Origin: Bdellovibrionia bacterium
GTDB lineage: Bacteria > Bdellovibrionota > UBA1018
Assembly (NCBI GenBank): GCA_040399745.1
Contig: JBBARP010000001.1
Location: forward strand, 266,617 to 330,616
Length of the DNA stretch: 64,000 nucleotides
Direction: 5' to 3'
Below the pieces are notes generated by a model. It made no database searches. It was not told the origin of the DNA and was given only the letters and a program-made list of their open reading frames with translations. This document shows, piece after piece, positions 19,048 to 28,178 of the stretch. Made by a program: the position numbers and the translations under genes. The number at the start of each line of letters is the position of its first letter. Within the stretch, counting starts at the first letter, position 1.

Positions 19048-20965
19048 GCGTTCCTCCTGAGTTCGAAAGTTCTTGGGGGAGCTCGATCTGGAAAGTGCTT
19101 CCTTTTCCGGGGTGGCTTCTCACGGAAAGCTGTCCTTGATGGGCTTCTACGAAATAGCGGCTCAGGTAAAGCCCCAATCCGGTTCCCGGAACCTCCAGAA
19201 CTCGTGGATCCGATCCTCGGTAAAAGCGGGAAAAAACCTGGCTCGCTTCGGCTTCGGTCAAGCCGATGCCGTTGTCCTTCACTGAAATTTGTACGTTCTT
19301 TCCAGCTTCTCGCGTTTGGATCACGACTTGACCGCCATCGGGGGAATACTTCAGGGCGTTGTCGATCAGGTTGGAAATCACCATCGCCATCAAGCGTGGA
19401 TCCATTTGAATCGGGAAGAGCGGCTCGAGGTCGGCCTCAAGCTGGATACCCCGCCGCTCAGCCTGCGGGAGAAAGTCTTGAGTCAGGCCTTCAATCAAGC
19501 GATTCAGATCGCGGCTCTCCAGGCGCAGCTTCGGCGCCTCGGATTCCAGTCGGCTGAGTTCCAGGATGCTCGTGATGAAGCGGTTCAGATCGTCGGTGGA
19601 ACGCAAGATTCCCTGAAGCGGCTCGCGTTCGTCCTCGTTGGGAAGATGGGCGCGCGGATTTTCTATCCGCCGTAGAAGCTGCTCGGTCAGCCCTTGGATT
19701 CGGGCCACTGGGGTCTTCAGGTCATGAGTCACGAGCGAAAGAAAGTGACGCTTCAATTCTTCGACTTGTTGCAGAAGTTCAGCCTTCCGTTGGTACTCCC
19801 AGCGGCTCCGAAATTCCCGGATCAGGCGGTAAGGCACCGCTAAGTAAAAGGCCAGGAGTGCGCCCAGTAGCGGATGGCTCAGCCGGATCCAAAAGGAACT
19901 CCATGAGAAACTGATGAATCCCAGACCCAAGATCGTGAAGATCACGGTTGCAGCAAACGCCAGGCCTCGAAGTGGCGAGGTGACTAAGACCCCGGCACAA
20001 ACCAGAAAGATGGCCAGGAAGGTCAGGGTCGCGTTTTGCCAAGGCTGAGCGCGGATGACGCCGTCGTTTCGATTGAGCGCGTCCCAGATCGCACCGTGAA
20101 CGGCTAGCTTCGGTTGAGTGAAGGCTTGGCGGCTCAAGGGAGTCGAAGTGAAATCGCCGGCATCCTGTCGAATCCAGCTCCCGATCAGGACCGTTCGATC
20201 CCGGAAAATTTCAGGCGAGACTTTGCCTTCCAAGACCTGGCTTGCACGAACCACGGGATAAGGAATTTTCTCGGAAGAGAAGCCCTGGGGGTACCGGAAA
20301 AAGACTAATCGCGATCCCGGGTCGTCCAAAGTGTAGGAACCTTGGGTTGGGAACGGAATCGAGGCTGCTGACTCCTGGATTCCGAGAGCCAAGATCGAGT
20401 GAAAGCTGGGACGTCCCTCAAAGGAAACCCAGGCTCGGCGCGTGACTTTATCTTCGGCAAAGACATTGCCGTCCCGATGAATCACTGCGAGCGCGTGAGG
20501 CAGATCGCTGAGCGGCCAAGGAGGCAAGACCTCTCCGACCACGTCGTAGGAAGTTCCGAGCAGGAAGCGGCTGCCCTGGTTTTTCATAGTCCTTGCGGCC
20601 TGCACCAAGCGTTTGGCCTCGCTCAAGCGAAGTGTGGGATCCGTGACTTCGTGGCTGCGGGAAAGGTCCGTAAGCAGTCCCACGCTCTTTGGATGGGCTT
20701 TTACGAGGAACTCAAGAAGGCGAGCGTGGCTGGATAACGAAAGAGGGGGGAGCTCGCCGAGATCAGCGGACGAGGCATCGTCCACTGCAACCAGGATTAG
20801 ATCCGATGCGGCTTGTGGGCGAGAGGCATAGCGAATCCGAGCATCGTAGAGCTCGGCCTCGAGCCGATCCCAGCTGATCGATTGAAGGCCTGCCGTCAGG
20901 AGAGCGGCAAGAGCCGCTACCCAGGCTAGTCTTCTTTTTCGAAGTTCGGGACGGGAAGTAGTCAT
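19040..20965 (-). CDS. CHASE2-domain sensor histidine kinase
   Basis: LYDARIR..LILVAVDD CHASE2 start, 3 TM helices, H-box THDLKTP, NLIDNALKYS, DNGIG, GTGLGL. Confidence 0.93.
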   Translation of the reverse strand: MTTSRPELRKRRLAWVAALAALLTAGLQSISWDRLEAELYDARIRYASRPQAASDLILVAVDDASSADLGELPPLSLSSHARLLEFLVKAHPKSVGLLTDLSRSHEVTDPTLRLSEAKRLVQAARTMKNQGSRFLLGTSYDVVGEVLPPWPLSDLPHALAVIHRDGNVFAEDKVTRRAWVSFEGRPSFHSILALGIQESAASIPFPTQGSYTLDDPGSRLVFFRYPQGFSSEKIPYPVVRASQVLEGKVSPEIFRDRTVLIGSWIRQDAGDFTSTPLSRQAFTQPKLAVHGAIWDALNRNDGVIRAQPWQNATLTFLAIFLVCAGVLVTSPLRGLAFAATVIFTILGLGFISFSWSSFWIRLSHPLLGALLAFYLAVPYRLIREFRSRWEYQRKAELLQQVEELKRHFLSLVTHDLKTPVARIQGLTEQLLRRIENPRAHLPNEDEREPLQGILRSTDDLNRFITSILELSRLESEAPKLRLESRDLNRLIEGLTQDFLPQAERRGIQLEADLEPLFPIQMDPRLMAMVISNLIDNALKYSPDGGQVVIQTREAGKNVQISVKDNGIGLTEAEASQVFSRFYRGSDPRVLEVPGTGLGLYLSRYFVEAHQGQLSVRSHPGKGSTFQIELPQELSNSGGTHV

Positions 20966-21044
20966 CGGGTGAACACCCCAGGAGTCAGGCCGAACGGCCA
21001 GACAGGGCCTTTCTTAAATCGAAACCAATGAAAAGCCAAGTCCC

Positions 21045-21060
21045 CGGCATTCCCATTGCA
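21045..21060 (+). promoter_or_regulatory. Sigma54 (-24/-12) promoter for SPW gene
   Basis: CGGCATTCCCATTGCA: GG(21046-47)-N10-GC(21058-59) with TTGCA; about 40 nt before ATG, AGGAGAGG SD in between. Confidence 0.65.
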
Positions 21061-21100
21061 ATCCGGAGGGGTGTCACCCGGAAAACAGGAGAGGTTTCCT

Positions 21101-21496
21101 ATGATGTCCCTCAAGACCCACAATCTTTTCGATTACGCAGGGGCGGCCTTCCTGGCCCTTTGTCCCTGGATCTTCGGCTTTCAGTATGTTGACCCCGCTC
21201 GGGCTGTATTCGTGACTCTCGGCCTATCCTTGGCCGTCTATAGCGGTCTGACTCGGTATCGCTACTCGCTGGTGAAATTCATCCCGCTCGGTGTCCATAT
21301 GTTCCTGGATGCGGCGATCGGGGTCATCCTGATGCTTGCGCCGTCGATCTTTGGCTATCGGGACCTGATCAGCGGCTCGCAGTACTTGCTCCACTTCGTT
21401 TGCGGGCTCGGCGCCCTAGGCTTAGTGGCCTTTACCCGGCCGCGTGCCGAGGAAAGCGTCACCGGTCAGCGAGAGCCGCTGAAGCGGGTGGCCTGA
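21101..21496 (+). CDS. SPW-repeat membrane protein
   Basis: HNLFDY..LCPWIFGF..YSGLTRY..IPLGVHMFLD..LAPSIFGY; four TM helices. Confidence 0.8.
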   Translation: MMSLKTHNLFDYAGAAFLALCPWIFGFQYVDPARAVFVTLGLSLAVYSGLTRYRYSLVKFIPLGVHMFLDAAIGVILMLAPSIFGYRDLISGSQYLLHFVCGLGALGLVAFTRPRAEESVTGQREPLKRVA

Positions 21497-21521
21497 CCAG
21501 GCTGACCCCAGCCCCCTCAAA

Positions 21522-23915
21522 TCAGGGGGCCGTGGTTTCCCGGGTGGAGGGGGGCCAGTGGAGTTCGCAGCTTTCGGCTGAGGGCTCCCGGCTCGGGCTG
21601 AGGAGGGTGACCAGGACCTGCGGGTCAGGGCAATCTTCCTCAGCCCTTTTCCCCGTGAAGCGATCGATTTTGGAAGTCTTTAGGCTCGGGCTGAGGGGGA
21701 AAACGAGGGGAGGCTCTCCCTCCAGAGCGTTTTTCATAAAGCGAGTCCAGATGGGGAGTGCCGCGTTGGCGCCCGTCAGCTTTCCGGTGGGGCCCTTCTT
21801 GTTGCCCTCTTGCGCAGGATCTTGATCCTGCCCGAGCCACACCACGGTGGTCAGTTGCGGTGTGTAGCCGGCAAACCAAGCGTCACGGTGGTGGCTGGTG
21901 GTTCCCGTCTTACCTGCGGCGGGGCGGTCCCAGCCCTGAGAGGCAGCCGAGCGAGCTGTGCCTTCGGTGAATACGTCGCGAAGAACGTTCGTGATCAAAT
22001 CGGCCCCAGCCGGTGAAACGACTTGTTTTGGGTTTTCTACAAATCTTGCGTATTGAGCGCCATCGTCTTCAGTAATCGCGCGAATCACGGTGAATTCGTG
22101 CAACAGACCATGGTTGGCCATCGCGGCATAAGAGCGCAGAAGCTCGACCGGTGAAAGCTCTGCTACTCCAAGCGACAAGGAAGGGACCTCTTTGAGGGGC
22201 TGCTCGATTCCGAGAGCGCGTGCTGTAGCAGCCACGTTGCCTAAGCCCACTTGAATGCCGAGTTTTGCAGTGACCGTGTTGACGGAGTGGGCCAGCGCCG
22301 TCCGTAGGGGGATCCAGCCCAAAAACTCCTTGTCGTAATTGCGTGGCTCCCAAGTTTGAAGGCCACGATCAAAGGTGAGTTTCCAGGGAGCATCTTCCAT
22401 CGGATAGGCCGGTGAATAAGTGACCCCAGATGCATCTTTCCCGCTTTCAAATGCGGCGAGGTAGACAATGGGCTTAAAGGTCGAGCCTACTTGTCGCCGC
22501 ATATTTAGAATGCGGTTGAAGGTGGAGCGACGGTAATCCGCTCCTCCCACGAGTGCGCGAATGCGCCCGTTCGTGGGGTCAACCGCAGCAAGCGCTCCTT
22601 CTAAGCGTGCGCCCTCTTGGAGACCGATCAGCTGCGTGGCGGCTTGAACTCCGTCGGTCACCGCTTTTTGGGCGTGTGTGTTCAGGATGGGGTCAAGAGT
22701 CGTATAAACACGAAGGCCAGCCGCTGCGATTTCGGATTCGGCAAAACGATCTTTCAAGCGATTCGCGAGCTCTGCTTTGACGAAATCGGTGAAATAGGGC
22801 GCTTGGGTGGCGCGGCTCACCGGAGGAGCGAGGTGGACGGTCTCGGCTTCTGCGAGACGCGCTTCCTGCTCAACGATCTGACCGGTCTCGACCATTTTCT
22901 TCAGCACGAGGGTTCTGCGTTCAAGCGCACGGTCGAGATGGCGATAGGGCGAGTAAAATCCTGGGCCGCGAATCAGGCCGGCCAAGAGTGCGCACTCTCC
23001 CAAGTTCAAATCACTCAGGCGCTTCCCAAAGAAGTGCTTGGCTCCCTCGGCCACTCCATGCACTTCCAAATTACCGACTTGCCCGAGATAAACTTCGTTC
23101 AAGTAGCGCTCGAGAATTTTTTCTTTGTCGTATTTGACCTCTAAAGCCAAGGAGAGAAAGAACTCGCCTGCCTTGCGGAAAAGGTTTTTCCCGCGCCGGA
23201 CCATCAAATTCTTCACGAGCTGTTGGGTGAGCGTGCTCCCGCCTTGTGCCAGAGAGAGCGTTCTCAGGTTTACCCAGACGGCGCGCGCAAGACCCCGAGG
23301 GTCGAAGCCTTTGTGTTCCAGAAAGTGCTGATCTTCGACTGCGATGATGGCTTGCCAAAGCTGCGCGGGAATTTCGCTAAACGGAACGAACTCGCGAATT
23401 TGGTTTTTTCCTTCCGACCCTCCGTCGGGAGCAAAGGTCGCGACGAGTTCCGGCTCCAGATAAAGCTCGCTCACTTCTTGGCCTTCGACTTCGACCGATC
23501 CCAAAAGCGCAGAATCGCCTTCTCCATCGAAAGCCAGATTCACTTGTTTTCCGGTGGCCTTCAAAGTCGGGTGGTCGTCAGGAAGAAGGTACGTCGGGTA
23601 CTGAATGGGGCGCAGGGTGAAGCTCAGGGCTTCTGGTCGGTCCTGGTAGCGGTAGCCCAATCGTTCCAACCGCACCCGCAGAATCCCGCGAGACATGGGA
23701 GGACTGATTCGGGTCAGATCGGAGTAAAGGCGTGTCGGGATGAAGGTGCTGGGCTCGAGAAAGGCCTTCTCCAGTTGTCGAAAGGAAAAGACCAAACTGG
23801 TCAAAAGTCCGAGGACGGTGAGAGTCGCCAGAACCAAAAGAATCACGCTACCCGAACGATCGCGCTTCAAGGAATCTCCTTGACTGCCCGAAGGGCGGTC
23901 AATAGAACCTTGCAT
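21522..23915 (-). CDS. mrcB: Class A penicillin-binding protein 1B
   Basis: TM anchor, UB2H-like LERLGY segment, GT motifs EDQHF/GGSTLTQQLVKN/YLNEVYLG, TP motifs STFK, SVN, KTGT. Confidence 0.9.
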   Translation of the reverse strand: MQGSIDRPSGSQGDSLKRDRSGSVILLVLATLTVLGLLTSLVFSFRQLEKAFLEPSTFIPTRLYSDLTRISPPMSRGILRVRLERLGYRYQDRPEALSFTLRPIQYPTYLLPDDHPTLKATGKQVNLAFDGEGDSALLGSVEVEGQEVSELYLEPELVATFAPDGGSEGKNQIREFVPFSEIPAQLWQAIIAVEDQHFLEHKGFDPRGLARAVWVNLRTLSLAQGGSTLTQQLVKNLMVRRGKNLFRKAGEFFLSLALEVKYDKEKILERYLNEVYLGQVGNLEVHGVAEGAKHFFGKRLSDLNLGECALLAGLIRGPGFYSPYRHLDRALERRTLVLKKMVETGQIVEQEARLAEAETVHLAPPVSRATQAPYFTDFVKAELANRLKDRFAESEIAAAGLRVYTTLDPILNTHAQKAVTDGVQAATQLIGLQEGARLEGALAAVDPTNGRIRALVGGADYRRSTFNRILNMRRQVGSTFKPIVYLAAFESGKDASGVTYSPAYPMEDAPWKLTFDRGLQTWEPRNYDKEFLGWIPLRTALAHSVNTVTAKLGIQVGLGNVAATARALGIEQPLKEVPSLSLGVAELSPVELLRSYAAMANHGLLHEFTVIRAITEDDGAQYARFVENPKQVVSPAGADLITNVLRDVFTEGTARSAASQGWDRPAAGKTGTTSHHRDAWFAGYTPQLTTVVWLGQDQDPAQEGNKKGPTGKLTGANAALPIWTRFMKNALEGEPPLVFPLSPSLKTSKIDRFTGKRAEEDCPDPQVLVTLLSPSREPSAESCELHWPPSTRETTAP

Positions 23916-23989
23916 ACCTTTCCAGCGCGAGCAAGTGCACGTTCAGAAAAGGCATTTTACTTCCAAGCGGGATTTCACAGGGGGCCGAG

Positions 23990-25510
23990 ATGATTCAACG
24001 GAAGGCGATTTCTCAGTGGGTGTTTGCAGCAGTAGCTGGCCTCGTTTTGGCCTCACCCGCGCAAGCCCTCGATCTCGATTGGAGCGGCCAGTTCTGGTCG
24101 GAAGCTCATTGGGTGAGCGGCTACACTTTGGGGAATGGGCAGCTGCCCGATGCCCGCGCCACGGCCGGTGGCTACACCGTTTCGGGCGGCGGGTCTGACT
24201 CGGCTCACTTCCAAACTCTTTTTGCGCGCCTGCGGCCCCGGGTGGTCATCAATGACAACGTCTACCTGAAGAGTGAATGGTGGGTGGGCGATCCGATCTA
24301 TGGCTTCTTCGGTGGATCGGCACCGTATCCTACGGATCAGCGCCAATATTATTCGAATCAAAGCCGGGGCTCTTCGATCACGGCTCAGCGTCTTTGGCTT
24401 GAAGTGGTGTCGGACGTGGGAACTTTGCAGGTGGGTCGGGCTCCGTTGCACTGGGGACTCGGCTTGGTCTGGAACAGCGGCGAAGAGTCCTTCAGTCGTT
24501 ATCCTTCCACGGGTGACGTGGTTCGCTTGGTGTCGAAGTTTGGCTCTTTCTCGTTTGTTCCTTCGATCGTGAAGTACTCGCAAGGGAACTCCATTGGCGG
24601 TGCTTGCTCTTACGGCGCCAGCTGCGTGCCGACTGCAGGACGCCAGACGGTTTCCGATTACTCGCTTCAATTGAAGTACGAGAACGCGGACGAAGACCTC
24701 GAAGGCGGAGTGAATTTTGTGAAGCGCATCGCCGCTTCGGCTCAATCATCGACTTCCGGTTATCAGGGCGTGACCGGGGTCGGCGCAGGCAGCCACTTCA
24801 ATACTTGGGACCTCTACGGTCGCAAGCGTTGGGGCAAGCTCTCGCTGGCAGGCGAAGTCCCTCTCGCTTCGGGCGATTTGGGCGGCGTGAAGATGGACAC
24901 TTTCGCCTTGGCGACTGAGGCGGGCTATCAGTGGAGCGACTCTTGGTCGACTTTCCTGAAAGCAGGCATGGTGCCCGGACAGAAAAACATTTCTGGAGCC
25001 ACTCCGAGTACGTTTGACGCGTTCTACGTGAACCCGAATTACAAAATTGGTTTGATCCTGTTCAACTATGCGTTGAACCGCTTCAGCGGTCCTTCGACCA
25101 CGAACGATCCGCAGACTTCTGCTTCGAATCTGCAATCCATTTACGACAACCCGATCACGAACGCGAATTACGTGGCCTTGGGCGGAGCGTACCAACTGGA
25201 TAAATGGCGTTTCCACACGAACTGGGTGTACGCCACGGCACGTGAAACGGCGCAGCCGAATTCGAGCTACTTCAACTCCTGGACTCGCACCTATAAAACG
25301 GCTGCGTCGGGTGTGAGTGCCCAGAGTTCGAGCTTGGGCTTAGAAGCCGACTTTGGCGCCACCTTGAAATACGATGACGCCCTCCAGGCCGGCTTAACGT
25401 TCGGTTGGTGGATGCCGGGCGACTTCTTCGCTTTCTCGAACGTCGCAGGTTCGCCGAACGCGACCGACTCGGTCTTTGCCTCGGTTCTCAGTCTGACCGT
25501 TGGATTCTGA
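23990..25510 (+). CDS. Outer-membrane beta-barrel protein (porin/alginate-export-like), function unknown
   Basis: Signal peptide ending AQA; GTLQVGRAPLHWGLG; LGLEADFG; C-terminal Phe. Confidence 0.75.
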   Translation: MIQRKAISQWVFAAVAGLVLASPAQALDLDWSGQFWSEAHWVSGYTLGNGQLPDARATAGGYTVSGGGSDSAHFQTLFARLRPRVVINDNVYLKSEWWVGDPIYGFFGGSAPYPTDQRQYYSNQSRGSSITAQRLWLEVVSDVGTLQVGRAPLHWGLGLVWNSGEESFSRYPSTGDVVRLVSKFGSFSFVPSIVKYSQGNSIGGACSYGASCVPTAGRQTVSDYSLQLKYENADEDLEGGVNFVKRIAASAQSSTSGYQGVTGVGAGSHFNTWDLYGRKRWGKLSLAGEVPLASGDLGGVKMDTFALATEAGYQWSDSWSTFLKAGMVPGQKNISGATPSTFDAFYVNPNYKIGLILFNYALNRFSGPSTTNDPQTSASNLQSIYDNPITNANYVALGGAYQLDKWRFHTNWVYATARETAQPNSSYFNSWTRTYKTAASGVSAQSSSLGLEADFGATLKYDDALQAGLTFGWWMPGDFFAFSNVAGSPNATDSVFASVLSLTVGF

Positions 25511-25521
25511 TCGGGAGTTCG

Positions 25522-25576
25522 ATCACTGCACTGTTAATCACTGCACTGTTAATCACTGCACTGTTAATCACTGCAC
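25522..25576. repeat. 15-bp tandem repeat ATCACTGCACTGTTA, 3 full copies plus 10 nt
   Basis: Exact copies at 25522, 25537, 25552 and partial copy at 25567-25576 overlapping the fliL stop. Confidence 0.97.
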
Positions 25577-26152
25577 CATGAAAGTGTTGAAGAACACTTG
25601 AGTGACCGAACCAGTTCCATCGTCGCTTTCGGCGGCGATGAGCTGATTGGCAAGGTCCAGAAGCTGCGAGCGAAGAACGTAGCGGCCTTGGACCGTGTTC
25701 AACTCGGAGTAGGTCTTGCGCCCCATGAGTCCGAGGAAGCGATCCATGAGGACGGATTTATATTCCTCGAGGATGGCTTTCTTTCGCACATCCTTCAGTT
25801 CCATGGTGAAGGCCACGGTGGCGTAGTGGATTTTGCCTTGGCTCAGGCCCTGGGGGCCTGGAGCTTCGAGTCCGCTAAGAGAAGGCTTCAAGTTCACGGT
25901 CACGGTCTCGAACGTGATCGAGCCAGCCTCGGAGTCCTCGCTGTTGGCTAAGCGTTTTTTCATGGCCTCGATCTTCTGGCGCTCTCCCGCTTCGGTGATG
26001 GCGGGGCGCTTGAACAGAAGTCGGGTGTAAACAAAGGTTCCCATGGCAGCGAGCGCGACCACCGTATTGGCCAGGCCCATGATCATGAGCAGGCTAGGTT
26101 TGGCTCGAGCCGGCTTTTCTGCCTGGCCTTCTGGGGGTGCGCCATCCGACAT
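25568..26152 (-). CDS. fliL: Flagellar basal body-associated FliL family protein
   Basis: N-terminal TM; TFETVTVNL, HYATVAFTMEL, KTYSELNTVQGRYVLRSQL, VTQVFFNTFMVQ. Confidence 0.85.
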   Translation of the reverse strand: MSDGAPPEGQAEKPARAKPSLLMIMGLANTVVALAAMGTFVYTRLLFKRPAITEAGERQKIEAMKKRLANSEDSEAGSITFETVTVNLKPSLSGLEAPGPQGLSQGKIHYATVAFTMELKDVRKKAILEEYKSVLMDRFLGLMGRKTYSELNTVQGRYVLRSQLLDLANQLIAAESDDGTGSVTQVFFNTFMVQ

Positions 26153-26188
26153 AATTTCAGTGTAAGGGCAGGCGGGGCCGCGAGGCAA
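26153..26188 (-). promoter_or_regulatory. Sigma70-type promoter of fliL, leaderless configuration
   Basis: Minus strand TTGCCT-N18-TACACT-N6-ATG; no SD. Confidence 0.55.
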
Positions 26189-26224
26189 AAAAAAGCCCCG
26201 CTTCCCAAAAGGAGAGCGGGGCTT
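26187..26224 (-). terminator. Rho-independent terminator of ald
   Basis: Plus-strand arms AAGCCCCGCT...AGCGGGGCTT; T8 follows the stem on the minus strand. Confidence 0.88.
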
Positions 26225-26247
26225 CTCAAAAAAGCGTCAGAGAACCG

Positions 26248-27354
26248 TCAGATGCGGACGGGCTCGTACGAAAGGCCCAAGTCGTCGGCCACTTGTTTGT
26301 ACGAAACCTTGCCGTTCAGGATGTTCACGCCTTTCAGAAGCGCAGCATCCTTAGCGACCGCATCGCGCCAGCCCAGGTTGGCCAACATCAATGCGTACTT
26401 CAGAGTGACGTTCGTCAGAGCGTAGGTCGAAGTGCGGGGCACAGCGCCCGGCATGTTCGGCACAGCGTAGTGAATCACGCCGTCCACCGTGTAGGTGGGA
26501 TGCTCGTGCGAGGTCGGACGGCAGGTTTCCACCGAACCACCTTGGTCCACGGCCACGTCGACGACGACACCGCCGGGCTGCATCTTCGAGATCATTTCGC
26601 GCGTGACCAGTTTCGGGGCTTTTGCGCCGGCAACTAGCACTGCGCCGATCACGAGATCAGCTTGAGTGACGGCTTTTTCGATCTGCTCGCTGTTCGAATA
26701 CAGCGTGGTGATCTCGTTACCGAACACGTCCGAGAGGTATTCCAAGCGGGGAACATTCACGTCAAACAAAGTGACGTTAGCGCCCAAGCCCACTGCCATC
26801 TTGGCCGAGTTGATACCCACCACGCCGCCGCCCAAGATGACGACGTTCGCGCGAGCGACGCCAGTGACGCCGCCCAGGAGCATGCCTTTACCGCCATGGT
26901 CATGTTGCAGGTAGCTTGCGCCAATCTGCGTAGCCATACGGCCGGCGACTGCCGACATCGGAGCCAAGAGCGGCAGCGAGCCGTCTGCGGGCTGGATGGT
27001 CTCGTAAGCGATGCCGACAATCTTGCGCTCCATCAGAGCTTTGGTCAGACGCTCGTCAGCCGCCAAATGCAGGTAGGTGTAGAGGATCTGATTTTCGCGA
27101 AGAAGCGGATACTCCTCGGGGAGGGGCTCCTTCACTTTCACGATCATGTCAGACTTTTCGTAGATCTCTTTTGCGCCTTCGATGATGGTCGCACCCGCTT
27201 TGCGATAGTCATCATCGGAAATGCCAGCGCCGACGCCCGCATTGTGCTGAACCAGCACTTTGTGTCCGGCTTGGGTCAAGGCGCGAACGCCTGCGATCAC
27301 CATACCGACGCGATTCTCTTTGTTCTTAATTTCCTTCGGGACGCCAACGATCAT
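26248..27354 (-). CDS. ald: Alanine dehydrogenase
   Basis: GVPKEIKNKENRV, VKVKEP, YLHLAA, PLLAPMSAVAGR, GGGVVG, DVAVDQGG, NMPGAVPRTST. Confidence 0.98.
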   Translation of the reverse strand: MIVGVPKEIKNKENRVGMVIAGVRALTQAGHKVLVQHNAGVGAGISDDDYRKAGATIIEGAKEIYEKSDMIVKVKEPLPEEYPLLRENQILYTYLHLAADERLTKALMERKIVGIAYETIQPADGSLPLLAPMSAVAGRMATQIGASYLQHDHGGKGMLLGGVTGVARANVVILGGGVVGINSAKMAVGLGANVTLFDVNVPRLEYLSDVFGNEITTLYSNSEQIEKAVTQADLVIGAVLVAGAKAPKLVTREMISKMQPGGVVVDVAVDQGGSVETCRPTSHEHPTYTVDGVIHYAVPNMPGAVPRTSTYALTNVTLKYALMLANLGWRDAVAKDAALLKGVNILNGKVSYKQVADDLGLSYEPVRI

Positions 27355-27366
27355 TTGAGTAGCTCC

Positions 27367-28143
27367 TTAAGAGGATTGGACCTTGAGGCCGTCATACGCC
27401 AGGCTCACACCCTTCGGAAGTCGCGGGTGGGACTCAGCGTAATCGAAGTCGTGGCCGAGGTGAGTGAGGTAGGTCCTTTCGGGTCTCACTTTCTCGATCA
27501 CGGCCAGCGCCTGTTCCAGATTCAAGTGCGTTCCATGTGGGGTTAGCCTCAAGCAGTCGAGTACCAACACAGAAAGCCCTTGGAGCCGTTCAAGCGATGT
27601 ATCCGGGATATAACTGCAATCCGTAACGTAGGCAACGGAGTCGAACCTAAAGCCCAGACAGTCTTGACTGCCATGTTTAACCGGGATGAGTTGGACGGCA
27701 ACCCCTAAAATATCAATCATTTCAGGGGTATCGGGCAGCTCAGTCAGGTCTAACTGTGGGATGCCGCCGCCTTCTTGGGGGCCGGGTTGGAAGATGTAAT
27801 CGAACTTGGAACGCAGTTCTCGGGCCGTCCAAGCATTTCCGAATACGGGAATGCGCTGCTTTTGAAGGAAGTTGAAGCTGCGAAGCTCATCGATTCCGTG
27901 GACGTGGTCAGCGTGCGGATGGGTGTAGAGAACCGCATCGACGCGCTCGATGTCGGCTCGAAGCGCTTGCTGGCGAAGGTCGGTCGAGGTGTCGATGAGG
28001 AAACTCTTCCCTTGAGTCTCGACCCACACGGAAGCGCGAAGGCGTTGATTCTTGGGATTCGGAGAAGTGCAGACCGAACAACGGCAACGCAGCAGGGGGA
28101 CGCCAGTGGATGTTCCGCAGCCCAGGACGGTGAGGTGGACCAT
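27367..28143 (-). CDS. MBL-fold metallohydrolase, PhnP-like
   Basis: LGCGTSTGVP, CRCSVC, THPHADHVHG, AYVTD, LTHLGH, LAYDG. Confidence 0.93.
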   Translation of the reverse strand: MVHLTVLGCGTSTGVPLLRCRCSVCTSPNPKNQRLRASVWVETQGKSFLIDTSTDLRQQALRADIERVDAVLYTHPHADHVHGIDELRSFNFLQKQRIPVFGNAWTARELRSKFDYIFQPGPQEGGGIPQLDLTELPDTPEMIDILGVAVQLIPVKHGSQDCLGFRFDSVAYVTDCSYIPDTSLERLQGLSVLVLDCLRLTPHGTHLNLEQALAVIEKVRPERTYLTHLGHDFDYAESHPRLPKGVSLAYDGLKVQSS

Positions 28144-28178
28144 GGGCGGAATCTAGCGCATAGTCCGGGCCCTATGAA
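28144..28178 (-). promoter_or_regulatory. Sigma70-type promoter of PhnP-like gene, leaderless configuration
   Basis: Minus strand TTCATA-N17-TAGATT-N6-ATG; only 30 bp between divergent starts. Confidence 0.5.

Noticed and set aside
23950..23966. Sigma54-like AGGCATTTTACTTCCA upstream of the OM barrel gene
   Set aside because: -12 element reads CC rather than GC
25522..25576. Possible mini-CRISPR array
   Set aside because: 15-bp contiguous repeats, no spacers, no cas genes
27775..28173. N-terminal extension of the SDR ORF
   Set aside because: Antisense to the PhnP-like gene; Rossmann motif begins at ATG 28174
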